Assembly: GCA_963729605.1 (NCBI GenBank)
Contig: CAVSNY010000006.1
Location: 288,001-352,000 of the forward strand
Source of the DNA: an uncultured Gammaproteobacteria bacterium
GTDB taxonomy: Bacteria > Pseudomonadota > Gammaproteobacteria > DRLM01
DNA: 64,000 nt
Direction of reading: 5' to 3'
The notes beneath the pieces are model-generated. The model ran no database searches, had not been told where the DNA came from, and saw nothing but the letters and a program-made list of their open reading frames with translations. The position numbers and the translations under genes were made by a program. Each line of letters starts with the position of its first letter. The first letter of the stretch is position 1. This document shows, piece after piece, positions 30,845-41,041 of this stretch.

Positions 30845-32698
30845 TTACTTCTTTTCCAACTGACTCACATCCCTCACGGCGCCGCGCGCCGCGCTCGTCG
30901 TCATGGCCGCATAGGCTTTGAGCGCCGCGGAGACTTCGCGTTGGCGATTCACCGGTTTCCAGGCCGCGGCGCCTTTCGCTTCCATGGCGGCGCGGCGGCG
31001 GGTCAGTTCGCCAGCGGTGATCGCGATACCGATGCTGCGTTTGAGAATGTCGATCTCGATGATGTCGCCTTCTTCGACCAGGCCGATGGCTCCGCCCTCG
31101 GCCGCCTCCGGCGAGACGTGGCCGATGGACAAACCCGATGTGCCGCCGGAGAAGCGGCCGTCGGTGACCAGCGCGCAGGCTTTACCGAGGCCCTTCGATT
31201 TCAAATAACTGGTGGGATACAACATCTCCTGCATGCCGGGTCCGCCGCGCGGGCCTTCATAACGGATGACCAACACGTCGCCTTTGTTGATGTGATTGGC
31301 CAAGATCGCCTCCACCGCCGCGTCCTGGCTCTCGAAGATGCGCGCCGGGCCGGAGAATTTGAGAATGCTCTCGTCGACGCCCGCGGTCTTGACGATGCAA
31401 CCGTCGAGGGCGAGGTTGCCGTGCAACACGGCGAGTCCGCCTTCTTGGCTGTAGGCGTGTTCATACGCGCGGATGCAGCCCTGCTCACGATCCAGGTCGA
31501 GCTCGGTGTAGCGTTTGTTTTGACTGAAGGCCTGGGTGGTGGGCACGCCGCCCGGCGCGGCGCGGTAGAAGTCGCGCACCTTGGGATCGTCGTTCACCAT
31601 CACATCCCACTGCGCCAGCGCCGCGCCGAGAGTGGCGGCGTGCACCGTCGGCACGTCGCGATGCAGCAAGCCGGCGCGGTCCAGCTCGCCGAGGATGCCG
31701 ATCACGCCGCCGGCGCGATGCACGTCTTCCATGTGATATTGCTGGCTGCTCGGCGCCACTTTGCAGAGATGGCGCACCTTGCGCGAGAGGCGATCCATGT
31801 CGTGCATGGTGAAGTTCACACCGGCCTCTTCCGCCGCGGCGAGCAAATGCAACACGGTGTTGGTGGAACCGCCCATGGCGATGTCGAGCGTCATGGCATT
31901 TTCGAAGGCCTGGAAACTGGCGATAGTGCGCGGCAGCGCCGAGGCGTCGTCCTGCTCATAGTAACGCTTGGCCAACTGCACGATCACGCGACCGGCTTCC
32001 AAAAATAATTCCTTGCGGTCGGCGTGGGTGGCGAGCAGGCTGCCGTTGCCGGGCAGGCTCAGGCCCAAAGCCTCGGTGAGACAGTTCATGGAATTGGCGG
32101 TGAACATGCCGGAGCAGGAACCGCAGGTGGGACAGGCCGAGCGCTCGATGGAGGCGATCTCGTCATCGCTGTATTTGTCGTCGGCGGCGGCGACCATCGC
32201 GTCCACCAGATCCAGGCTCACCATCTTGCCCTGCACCCGCGCCTTGCCCGCCTCCATCGGTCCGCCGGAAACGAACACCGCCGGGATATTCAGCCGCAGC
32301 GCGGCGTTGAGCATGCCGGGGGTGATCTTGTCGCAGTTGGAGATGCACACCAGCGCGTCGGCGCAATGGGCGTTGACCATGTATTCCACCGCGTCGGAAA
32401 TCAGCTCGCGCGACGGCAGCGAATACAACATGCCGCCGTGGCCCATGGCGATACCGTCATCGACGGCGATGGTGTTGAACTCCTTCGCGACGCCGCCGGC
32501 GCGTTCGATCTCGCGCGCCACCAGTTGCCCCATGTCCTTGAGATGCACATGACCGGGCACGAACTGGGTGAAGGAATTGGCGACGGCGATGATGGGTTTG
32601 CCGAAGTCGTCGTTCTTCATGCCGGTGGCGCGCCACAGGGCGCGGGCGCCGGCCATGTTGCGGCCGTGGGTGGTGGTGCGTGAGCGGTATTGGGGCAT
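30845..32698 (-). CDS. ilvD: Dihydroxy-acid dehydratase
   Basis: [47 protein letters not shown]. Confidence 0.97.
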   Translation of the reverse strand: MPQYRSRTTTHGRNMAGARALWRATGMKNDDFGKPIIAVANSFTQFVPGHVHLKDMGQLVAREIERAGGVAKEFNTIAVDDGIAMGHGGMLYSLPSRELISDAVEYMVNAHCADALVCISNCDKITPGMLNAALRLNIPAVFVSGGPMEAGKARVQGKMVSLDLVDAMVAAADDKYSDDEIASIERSACPTCGSCSGMFTANSMNCLTEALGLSLPGNGSLLATHADRKELFLEAGRVIVQLAKRYYEQDDASALPRTIASFQAFENAMTLDIAMGGSTNTVLHLLAAAEEAGVNFTMHDMDRLSRKVRHLCKVAPSSQQYHMEDVHRAGGVIGILGELDRAGLLHRDVPTVHAATLGAALAQWDVMVNDDPKVRDFYRAAPGGVPTTQAFSQNKRYTELDLDREQGCIRAYEHAYSQEGGLAVLHGNLALDGCIVKTAGVDESILKFSGPARIFESQDAAVEAILANHINKGDVLVIRYEGPRGGPGMQEMLYPTSYLKSKGLGKACALVTDGRFSGGTSGLSIGHVSPEAAEGGAIGLVEEGDIIEIDILKRSIGIAITAGELTRRRAAMEAKGAAAWKPVNRQREVSAALKAYAAMTTSAARGAVRDVSQLEKK

Positions 32699-32913
32699 GG
32701 GCGTCTCGATGATGGTTCACAACAAGAGACGACAACGATAACAAAACCGGGGCCGGAAAGCACTCCATGGGCCGACCCGACGCGCTTTCACCCCTGTTAA
32801 GTAACGATTAATTCATAAGGAATTGCCGGAGGGTAAACACCCGTCGACCGCTATTGAAACCGATCTTTACCGGCGCGTTCCGCACCGGGGCGCCGGCCGT
32901 TTCAGCCTCCCAT

Positions 32914-33087
32914 TCATTCATGAGGACCCGGCGCGTCGTCCGTCGACTTGGGTTGTTTCTTGACCCAGCGCTTGAGCAGAAAGTACAGGACGAACACCGC
33001 CAGAAAACCGCTCACCCACAATATTTCCACCCCCAGCAACACGCCGAAGGCATGATCGTGCACCCAGGCTTCGATTTCCGGTCCCAT
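32914..33087 (-). CDS. Small single-pass membrane protein (57 aa, below the ORF-track cutoff)
   Basis: MGPEIEAWVHDHAFGVLLGVEILWVSGFLAVFVLYFLLKRWVKKQPKSTDDAPGPHE*; G-rich SD, host-like codon usage, hydrophobic stretch followed by KRWVKK. Confidence 0.6.
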   Translation of the reverse strand: MGPEIEAWVHDHAFGVLLGVEILWVSGFLAVFVLYFLLKRWVKKQPKSTDDAPGPHE

Positions 33088-33136
33088 AGTGCCCCCCCTC
33101 TCGGTGCTTGTCCGCCGTGATCCGCATCCTCTTTAA

Positions 33137-33221
33137 GGAAGCTCTGAATAATTCCATCCTGGAATTTCAGAGCACGGGCACATCCATGTGCCGCGGGGCC
33201 TCTGAATAAATCAGAGGTCCC
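33137..33221. mobile_element. 85-bp MITE with IS5-like ends
   Basis: Terminal inverted repeats GGAAGCTCTGAATAATTC / GGGACCTCTGATTTATTC (14/18), flanked on both sides by TTAA. Confidence 0.65.
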
Positions 33222-33310
33222 TTAATTTAAGATAGCAGCACGGACGGCATGATGCCGCCTCTGCTAAAGTGATTACTATTCGTTTTTTGATGCTGACCGA
33301 TGGAGTCGTC

Positions 33311-34807
33311 ATGCCCAGCCGCGCGCAAGATACCCTGACCGCCTTGCACAGCTTTCTCGATACGCCGCTGGCCGCGCGGCTCGCCGGCGCCCATCCCGCG
33401 GCCGTCGAAGCACGTGTTTTGGCGTTATTCCGCGACACCGCCGCCGAGGTGCCCGCCTACCGGCGTTTTCTCGCCGAACACGGCATCGCCGCGGAACGGA
33501 TCACCTCCCTCGCCGATTTTCAAACCCTGCCGCTGATGACCAAACCAAACTATATGCGCGCCTATCCGCTGACGGAACGCTGCCGTCACGGCGCCTTGCA
33601 CGAATGCGACATGCTCGCCGTCTCCTCCGGCTCCACCGGCACGCCCACGGTGTGGCCGCGCACGGTGGCGCACGAGCTCGACATCGCCTTCCGTTTCGAA
33701 CAGGTGTTTCACGCCTTCCGCGCCCAACAGCACCGCACGCTGGCGGTGGTGTGTTTCGCCCTCGGTACCTGGGTGGGCGGCATGTTCACCGCCGCCTGCT
33801 GCCGTTATCTGGCGCTGAAAGGTTATCCCGTCACCGTGGTCACGCCGGGCAATAAAAAAGAAGAGATTTTCCGCGCGGTGGAAGAACTCGGACCGAGTTA
33901 TGAACAAATCGTGCTGTTGGGTTATCCGCCCTTCATCAAGGACGTGATCGACTCCGGCCGCGCGCAACGGATCGACTGGCCGCGTTACCGGCCGAAGCTG
34001 GTGTTCGCCGGCGAGGTGTTCAGCGAAGAATGGCGCGCGCTGGTGTGCGAACGCGTCGGCGCCGAAGATCCCTGTCAGACCACGGCTGCCCTGTACGGCA
34101 CCGCCGACGGCGGCGTGCTCGGCAACGAGACGCCGCTCAGCATCGCGCTGCGCCGATTCTTCGCGGCGCGCCCCGCGCTGGCGCGCGAGGTGTTCGGCGA
34201 ATCGCGGCTGCCGACCCTGGTGCAATACGACCCGCGCAGCCGTTATTTCGAACTGCACGACGACGGCACCCTGGTGGTCAGCGGTGACGGCGGCGTGCCG
34301 CTGCTCCGTTACCACATCGCCGACCAAGGCGGCCTCATTTCCTACGACGAGATGCGTAATATCGCGCGCACGGCGGGTTGCGACGCCTTCGATAATTTGA
34401 CCGGCAACGACGCCCCGCCGCTGCCCTTCGTCTACCTGTTCGGCCGCGCCGACTTCACCGTCTCCTATTTCGGCGCCAACATCTATCCCGAGAACATCAG
34501 CGTCGGCCTGGAACAGGCCGAGGTGCGCGACTGGGTGAGCGGTAAATTCGTGCTGCAAGTGAGCGAGGCCGCCGATCTCAACGAGACGCTGAGCATCGTG
34601 GTGGAATTGTTGCCGGGCGTCACCGCCGACGATGCGAAACGCGGGACCATCGCCGCGGCGGTGTTAGCCCAGTTGCGGCGGCTCAACAGCGAATTCGCCA
34701 ACTACGTGCCGGCGGAATATCAACCGCCGCAAGTAACGTTGAAACCGGCCGGCGATCCCGAGTGGTTTCCGGCGGGAGTGAAGCACCGCTATACACGAAA
34801 GAAATAA
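33311..34807 (+). CDS. Phenylacetate-CoA ligase (PaaK/CapK)-family adenylating enzyme
   Basis: SSGSTGTP, GYPP, AGE, YGTADGG, PLLRYHIAD, GRADF, GANIYPE; start at ATG 33311 after GGAG. Confidence 0.75.
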   Translation: MPSRAQDTLTALHSFLDTPLAARLAGAHPAAVEARVLALFRDTAAEVPAYRRFLAEHGIAAERITSLADFQTLPLMTKPNYMRAYPLTERCRHGALHECDMLAVSSGSTGTPTVWPRTVAHELDIAFRFEQVFHAFRAQQHRTLAVVCFALGTWVGGMFTAACCRYLALKGYPVTVVTPGNKKEEIFRAVEELGPSYEQIVLLGYPPFIKDVIDSGRAQRIDWPRYRPKLVFAGEVFSEEWRALVCERVGAEDPCQTTAALYGTADGGVLGNETPLSIALRRFFAARPALAREVFGESRLPTLVQYDPRSRYFELHDDGTLVVSGDGGVPLLRYHIADQGGLISYDEMRNIARTAGCDAFDNLTGNDAPPLPFVYLFGRADFTVSYFGANIYPENISVGLEQAEVRDWVSGKFVLQVSEAADLNETLSIVVELLPGVTADDAKRGTIAAAVLAQLRRLNSEFANYVPAEYQPPQVTLKPAGDPEWFPAGVKHRYTRKK

Positions 34808-35049
34808 TGATGGGCGATGTCCTCGCACGGGCGAATTACGCAAACGCCGCAATCGATCCGCCAACGCAAACGGCCACGCAACGTCCGACGACACGCGGAA
34901 AACGCAGCGTGTTTATCGTGTCGCCGTCGCAACCATGAATGCGGCCTGGGGTCTTCGATTTAGTAAAAGAATCGCCCTTCACCCGGCGGTACACGCTGCG
35001 CGTTTACACACCGCGACGGCTATCGTATAAATTTGATACTGGAGATGTG

Positions 35050-35475
35050 ATGTTCAATCCTTATGTAATCATACTCGCCCTCTTCACCCTCGCCGGACTG
35101 GCCATCGCCGTCTGGGGCTGGCGGCTGATCGCCCAGGGTCGTGCGACCCGGCGCTGGCCAACTGTCGAAGGCATCGTCGAAAACGAAACGCAAACCGATG
35201 ACAAGATGCCGATCCCCTACGTGAATTACTCGGTGAACGGCCACGCCTACCGCCAGGCATTAACCTTGCCGGACGAAATGCCGTCCGTGGGTGCGGTCAC
35301 GACCAGGCATCTCGAAAAATTTCCGGCGGGCGCCCGTATCCAAGTCCACTACGATCCCGCCCATCCCGAACACATCACCCTCGAACCCGGCCTGGGACGC
35401 GGCGATTGGCTGGTGTTCGCCGCCGGGATAGCCGCCATGCTGTTCGGGATACTCGCTTTATTATTTGGAAAATGA
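35050..35475 (+). CDS. DUF3592-like membrane protein
   Basis: N-terminal TM, WPTVEGIV, Y.VNG..Y, VHYDPAHP, C-terminal TM. Confidence 0.7.
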   Translation: MFNPYVIILALFTLAGLAIAVWGWRLIAQGRATRRWPTVEGIVENETQTDDKMPIPYVNYSVNGHAYRQALTLPDEMPSVGAVTTRHLEKFPAGARIQVHYDPAHPEHITLEPGLGRGDWLVFAAGIAAMLFGILALLFGK

Positions 35476-35530
35476 GCGCGGGAAATTTCGGGTCGTGGCT
35501 GCCTTTGTTCTACGGCACGCGGCCACTGAA

Positions 35531-35563
35531 CCGCCTTGACCAAGCGCCGTCACCCCCCCGGCG
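35531..35563 (+). repeat. Left island-boundary direct repeat
   Basis: CCGCCTTGACCAAGCGCCGTCACCCCCCCGGCG. Confidence 0.65.
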
Positions 35564-35640
35564 AATGCCCCGTAAAATAGCGACCCATAACAGCGGGGCG
35601 CATCGTCTACTGTCAAACTGTAGCGATCTATCCAAGACCA

Positions 35641-35790
35641 CTAGACGATTCGACGACCTTGAATGAGACGAATCAGTATCACCACGATGGCGATCACCAA
35701 AAGAATATGAATGAATCCCCCCATGGTGTATGAGCTGACCAAGCCAAGTAACCACAATACAATTAAGATGACCGCTATTGTCTCGAGCAT
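35641..35790 (-). CDS. lmo0937-family (DUF5670-like) small membrane protein, 49 aa (not in ORF track)
   Basis: MLETIAVILIVLWLLGLVSSYTMGGFIHILLVIAIVVILIRLIQGRRIV*; SD AGGAGG. Confidence 0.85.
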   Translation of the reverse strand: MLETIAVILIVLWLLGLVSSYTMGGFIHILLVIAIVVILIRLIQGRRIV

Positions 35791-36272
35791 TTTCTATCCT
35801 CCTATTAAACTGCCGTAAATCCAGGTCCGCGGAGAGGTTAGCGACGACGCATCTGACATAGCCGATATTGGCAAGATATTCTCCGCCATCCTCTATCTTG
35901 GAATAGCGGGTTCTCACGGCGACGCGGCACAAGAGGCAAGCACATCATCTCCATCTCACGGACGGTTTTTTCCTTCAATTGCATCGGCAAACCCCGCAAC
36001 AGGTCCGTCAACGCGTAAGCATGTGCTCCTCCGTCGCCAATATCCTGTCCGGCATGCGGCCTGTGGTAGGGTTTTGTTCGGCGAGGTATTCAAGGCCAAA
36101 GCTGATGGAGAGTTATGCGCATCAATCGGATCTGATACCTGAACAATAGAATGCTCATCAATTGAACGGAGCGGCGCTCAGCGAACCATCTCGCACTCGC
36201 CAGCACGGCAAAAGCTGGACCCACTACTGAAATTTATATCCGACAGTGGGCCGCATCCTAACTATCCACCCC

Positions 36273-36590
36273 TCATTTGAGCAGGATGTCGTCCTTGACG
36301 GATTTTACGCCCTTGACGCCTTGCGCAATCTCCGCCGCCTTGCGTTTGTCGCCCGCGTCGTGCACAAAGCCACTCAATTGAACCACGCCTTTGAAGGTTT
36401 CAACGTTGATCTCGGCCGACTTCAACGCAGCGTCATTGAAAATCGCCGCCTTCACTTTGGTGGTAATGACAGTATCGTCAATGAATTCGCCAGTCCCTGC
36501 GTGCTTTGCCGATGACGCACAACCCAGGGCGGAGGCTAACACAACGGTAAAAAACAATGCGGCAATGTGTTTCAGTGTTTTCACGGACAT
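36273..36590 (-). CDS. Single BON-domain (OsmY-like) lipoprotein
   Basis: Lipobox ALGC; IDDTVITTKVKAA, INVETFKGVVQLSGFV, VKGVKSVKD. Confidence 0.88.
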   Translation of the reverse strand: MSVKTLKHIAALFFTVVLASALGCASSAKHAGTGEFIDDTVITTKVKAAIFNDAALKSAEINVETFKGVVQLSGFVHDAGDKRKAAEIAQGVKGVKSVKDDILLK

Positions 36591-36861
36591 GCTCTCCTGA
36601 TGCTATTGAAATAATACTTCTAATTCTCGCTCGAATTTATAATGAGCCGCTCCTACTGACGACCACTCAACGCGGTGCGATGCTGCGGCCGGTGCTGAAA
36701 GCTGCCTGTCTGATTGTCAATGCGCATCTATAAAAAGCACCGTCGCCATACCGAACCCGCTGGCTGCCATCGCCATCAAGCTCACGCATCGACGCAATCA
36801 CACCGTACCTCGCCATTCTGAAACGGTGAGAGGCAGCTTAGGCTCAACACTGAGCGCGGTC

Positions 36862-36877
36862 GGTACGGTGACGCACA
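36862..36877 (-). promoter_or_regulatory. Putative Crp-family operator upstream of BON gene
   Basis: Minus strand TGTGCG-TCAC-CGTACC; TAAGCT -10 box exactly 21 nt downstream. Confidence 0.65.
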
Positions 36878-37132
36878 TAAGACAGACAATGGTCGTGTAG
36901 GGTAGATGATCCCCAGGCGGGCTGAGCGACCATTCAACTCTGCATGAATCGTTAAGGATGTCCGAACGCGGATTGACCAGGCGGTTCGGCGCGAAACAGA
37001 GCGACGGAGACCGGTTCGATCGACTCAGCGTACCCGCCGCCTCGGCCGAGGCCGAGACACCGCCATCGTAAATATAACGACTACGTTGATCAGACTAAAT
37101 TAGGCCTCTTCCAAAATTTTCCACAGGCTCGC

Positions 37133-38299
37133 TCAAGCATCCGCGGGTCGTTGCAGTACCAATCGGTACGCATCCATTCCGCGACTGAGGAAGGCGTACG
37201 CCGATCCCCAGAGATAGAGGCGAAAGCGACGGTAGAGCATCTCGCCCCAGCGGCTGATGATCTCCTCCCTCGCGGCATCCAGATTTTCGGCCCACGCCTT
37301 ACATGTGAGGTAATAGTTGTGGCGGTCGTTGTGAACCGCCAACACCTCCAACGGAGTTTTCGCCGCTTCGCTCAGGAACTCGTGTAGACAGAAGTAGCTA
37401 TGATCCCCAGGAAAGATATAACGGGAGACGAAGGTGGGTTTGGAATATTTCTCGCGGAAAGCGCTGGCGTCGAGATACACTCGCCCCCCGGGTTTCAATA
37501 GGTTTTGTAACTGCCGCAACACGGCCGGATAATCGGGAAGATGCTCCATCACGCCCAATATGACGATGGCGTCATAAGGTTCAGGCGAGGTGTATTCCAA
37601 AAAATCCTGGTTCAGCACGCGGCAGGGAAGCTGCAAGCACTGAATCAGATCCGTCAGGAACTCTGCCGAGTGGCGCGATATCGTCAGCGAGGTGACCGCT
37701 ATACCGCGCCGGCCGGCATGCTCGGTAAAGGCGCCCCATCCACCGCCGACATCCAACACGCGACATCCCGGCCGCAATCGGCATGCATCGATGGCAAAGT
37801 CCAGTTTGCGGCACTGCGCCGTTTCCAGGGTCTCGTCGTCGCGCTCGAACACCGCTTGCGAATAACAGCGGGTCGGATCCATGAATTTTAGATAAAACTC
37901 ATTGCTGAAATCATAGTGGCTGGCAATCGCCCGGCGGTCGGTTTGCACCCGTCCGACGAATAGCGGCGCGATCCGCCGCCACAGGGTGTGCAGCGGATGG
38001 CTATCGCTCAGCACGCCGCGGAGACTGACGAAACCCAGCATATCCCCGACGACGTCCAGGCTACCCGCCATGTAAGCTTCGCAGATTCTCAGTTCGTCCA
38101 GTCCGCTGAGAGCGGCCAAACCGTCGCGATCCTTGACCAAGACCTTGAGCGCGGGTTCTCCTTTGCCGAAGCGATAGCTGCGATCTCCCCATAAGCGAAT
38201 CTCGAAGGGAATCTTTATCTGATCGGCCAAGCGATCCTGAAACAGCTTGAATACCCTATCGTAACGCGTTACCAAGGCAGCTTCGGCCGATATATCCAT
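37133..38299 (-). CDS. Cyclopropane-fatty-acyl-phospholipid synthase family SAM methyltransferase
   Basis: IASHYDFSNEFY, YSQAVF, VLDVGGGWG, GVMEH, YIFPG; start at ATG 38299 after GGAGGAG. Confidence 0.8.
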   Translation of the reverse strand: MDISAEAALVTRYDRVFKLFQDRLADQIKIPFEIRLWGDRSYRFGKGEPALKVLVKDRDGLAALSGLDELRICEAYMAGSLDVVGDMLGFVSLRGVLSDSHPLHTLWRRIAPLFVGRVQTDRRAIASHYDFSNEFYLKFMDPTRCYSQAVFERDDETLETAQCRKLDFAIDACRLRPGCRVLDVGGGWGAFTEHAGRRGIAVTSLTISRHSAEFLTDLIQCLQLPCRVLNQDFLEYTSPEPYDAIVILGVMEHLPDYPAVLRQLQNLLKPGGRVYLDASAFREKYSKPTFVSRYIFPGDHSYFCLHEFLSEAAKTPLEVLAVHNDRHNYYLTCKAWAENLDAAREEIISRWGEMLYRRFRLYLWGSAYAFLSRGMDAYRLVLQRPADA

Positions 38300-38522
38300 T
38301 GATCGCTCCTCCCATGAAACCCTAAAGTCCCACACCTTTAACAAGCACAGATCAGGATACTATCAGTTGAGGGATAACAGGGCTGTCAGTTTACAACACG
38401 CTTTGATTTTTATTGTCACGGCATCCGCCGTCCTCTTTCAGATCAAGGCCGCGGTCGAATAAAAACCGATCTTGCATCTTAAGGATAGTAAAACGGGTCA
38501 AGCATTATGACCTGGCGGCGCC

Positions 38523-40685
38523 TCACTTGAATTCAGCAAGGGCTCGCTTCATACTGGCCCTAAGCTCATCCCAGACCTTATCCACGATTACTTTGCCTGG
38601 CATACCGGTTCTCAGTAGTTCGGTGTACTCCTCGGCAACCATCGGCCGGTGGAAGTAATACCCTTGCGCCTCTCCACAGCGTGCCGTTCGGAGAAAGTCG
38701 AGTTGCTCTTGAGTTTCCACACCCTCGGCGCTGACCCGCTTATGAAGACTATTGCCCATGCCAATCACGGCACTAACGATGATGGCATCGTCCGGATCGG
38801 TGGTGATGTCACGCACGAACGACTGGTCGATTTTCAGGGTATCGATCGGAAAGCGTTTCAGATAACTTAAACTGGAATAACCAGTACCGAAGTCGTCGAT
38901 AGCCAGCTGCACGCCCAAGGCTTTGAGCGCCTGCAACACGCTGGCGGTGGATTCACCATCCTGCATGAGCGCGCTCTCGGTCAGCTCGATCCCGAGATAA
39001 GCCGGCTCCAGGCGAGTTTCCTCCAGGGCGTCGCGAATACCCTCGAGAAAATGCTTGCTGCGGAATTCGACTGCCGAGATATTGATAGCCACCGAGGCTG
39101 GCTGCAGGCCGGCATCCAACCACGCGCGAATTTGCCGGCATGCCTCGCGCAATACCCAACGCCCGATCGGTACGATGAGGCCGCACTCTTCGGCGATGGA
39201 TACGAATTGCCCAGGATGGAGGAGGCCGCGCTTGGGATGCAGCCAGCGGATAAGTGCCTCGGCGCCAGCAATCTCGCCGGTCTCGAGATGGATTTTTGGT
39301 TGATAATGCAAGACGAATTCCTGTGCTGCCACGGCACGCCGCAGCCCGGTTTCGAGAGATTGCCGCTCCACGGCCCGGTCGTTCATGTCCTGCATAAAGA
39401 ACTGGAAATTGTCGCGGCCATTTTGCTTGGCGTAATACATCGCGGCGTCGGCATTCTTGATTAGGGTTTCCGCATCTTCGCCGTCACCGGGATAAATGCT
39501 GATGCCTATGCTGAGGGTGATATGGAGGTCGTGTCCCGCGATATGGTGACGGTCCGCCAGCGCCAAAATGATCTTTTCCGCGCGGTGCGCCGCATCTTCC
39601 GAACGCTCGATATCGGAAAGCAACACCACGAATTCATCCCCGCCCTGGCGGCTGACGGTATCCGACTCGCGGACGCATGTCGTCAAGCGTTCCGCCACCG
39701 ACTCCAGTAATTTATCGCCGATCAGATGCCCCAACGAGTCATTAATGTTTTTGAACATATCCAGGTCCATAAACAGTACTGCCAGTCGTTTTCGCCGCCG
39801 CCGGGCATGCGAGATCGCTTGGGTAAGCCGATCACTCAAAAGCACGCGGTTGGGCAACCCAGTAAGAAAATCATGTTGGGCCAAATGCGACATTTTGAGT
39901 ACCATTGTCCGCGCCTCGCTGACATCATGGAAAACCATCACGGCGCCGATCACGTGACCGCCCCGGTCGCGAATGGGGGCAGCGGAATCCTCGATGGGTA
40001 CTTCAACACCGTCGCGCCGGATCAGGCTACTGTTTGCACTGAGTCCGACGGCTTTATTTCGCAGCACGGCCAATTCGATAGGACTGCGGGCAGGTTCGCC
40101 GGTAATGCCGTCGATGATGTGGAGCACGTCGGCAAGCGGCCGACCGGTTGCCTCTTCCCGCGACCAACCGGTCATGCGTTCGGCGACCAGATTGAGGTAG
40201 GTGACATTGCCGAGAATGTCGGAGCTGATTACGGCATCACCTATGGAGTCGAGCGTGACTTGAGCACGCTCTCTCTCGATAAACAGCGCCTCTTCCGCTA
40301 CCTTGCGCGCTATCACGTTGCGCAGGGCGTGAGACAAGGAGTAGCCGTCAATATGACTTCTGAGGAGGAAATCCTGCGCGCCGTGTTGTATGGCTTGCTG
40401 TGCGGCGTCTTCCTGGTCCAAATCACTGAGAATCAGGATCGGGACCTGAGACTCGATCGCATATAATTTATCGAAGGTCTCGATACGATGACTATCGGAC
40501 AGGAATAGATTGAGTAAGACCGCCTTGATCCCTCCATCATTGATGCGTGCGATGCCGTCCGCGAGTGTTGTAACCCATTCGATCGTGAATGGACCATATC
40601 TTGCGTCAACGAGCGTATCCCGAATCGATTTGGCAGCAGTGGGATCACCTTCGATGAGTAGAACCCTTTCATTGATATTGCCCAT
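38523..40685 (-). CDS. Pseudo-REC/PAS/GGDEF/EAL c-di-GMP metabolism protein
   Basis: HDFLTGLPNR, RESD..GGDEF, YQPK, EALIRW, DDFGTGYSSL; N-terminal receiver-like and PAS domains. Confidence 0.92.
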   Translation of the reverse strand: MGNINERVLLIEGDPTAAKSIRDTLVDARYGPFTIEWVTTLADGIARINDGGIKAVLLNLFLSDSHRIETFDKLYAIESQVPILILSDLDQEDAAQQAIQHGAQDFLLRSHIDGYSLSHALRNVIARKVAEEALFIERERAQVTLDSIGDAVISSDILGNVTYLNLVAERMTGWSREEATGRPLADVLHIIDGITGEPARSPIELAVLRNKAVGLSANSSLIRRDGVEVPIEDSAAPIRDRGGHVIGAVMVFHDVSEARTMVLKMSHLAQHDFLTGLPNRVLLSDRLTQAISHARRRRKRLAVLFMDLDMFKNINDSLGHLIGDKLLESVAERLTTCVRESDTVSRQGGDEFVVLLSDIERSEDAAHRAEKIILALADRHHIAGHDLHITLSIGISIYPGDGEDAETLIKNADAAMYYAKQNGRDNFQFFMQDMNDRAVERQSLETGLRRAVAAQEFVLHYQPKIHLETGEIAGAEALIRWLHPKRGLLHPGQFVSIAEECGLIVPIGRWVLREACRQIRAWLDAGLQPASVAINISAVEFRSKHFLEGIRDALEETRLEPAYLGIELTESALMQDGESTASVLQALKALGVQLAIDDFGTGYSSLSYLKRFPIDTLKIDQSFVRDITTDPDDAIIVSAVIGMGNSLHKRVSAEGVETQEQLDFLRTARCGEAQGYYFHRPMVAEEYTELLRTGMPGKVIVDKVWDELRASMKRALAEFK

Positions 40686-40816
40686 GCTCGTAAACTCCCT
40701 TAAATGCTAAATGACGCAGAGTGCAGGGTGTCGAACCCACTGCTGTTCTTAAGCTGCTCATCCATCGGGCAAGTCAATCGCCATGATTACGATACAGCGA
40801 GAAGGTTGGCATGCTC

Positions 40817-40832
40817 TGTTCGCTAACGAACA
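40817..40832 (-). promoter_or_regulatory. Putative Crp-family operator upstream of GGDEF/EAL gene
   Basis: Minus strand TGTTCG-TTAG-CGAACA (perfect arms); TATCGT 22 nt downstream. Confidence 0.65.
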
Positions 40833-41041
40833 TAAGGTTGTAGCCGGTCTCAACCGGAGGACAGTGGTTCGCGGCGTCCATCACCATGAAAATACAACCC
40901 TGATAAGGACAGAGTCCGTTAATTTCTTGTCGTGGATTTATCAGACCAAAAAAAGGCCCTGCGAGGGGGCGCAAGGCTGAAGGGAGAATATGTCGTCTAT
41001 ACCGCTTTAACCATAGAACTATAAATCAGTAACCCGCCTAC

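Noticed and set aside
32699-32770. Val/Ile/Leu-rich codon runs upstream of ilvD (VIVVV or VLLSLSSLVV) as a possible attenuator leader peptide
   Set aside because: Neither frame stops before ilvD, no terminator/antiterminator is evident, and a GT-rich stretch gives such codons by chance
35510-35932. 140-aa minus-strand ORF at the left island edge
   Set aside because: Alternative frame over the real 49-aa lmo0937-family gene, which has the SD and family-like sequence
36959-37044. Further operator-like half-sites (TGTCCG-AACG-CGGATT; TCAG-CGTACC)
   Set aside because: Only one good arm each and no properly oriented downstream gene; not counted among the six sites
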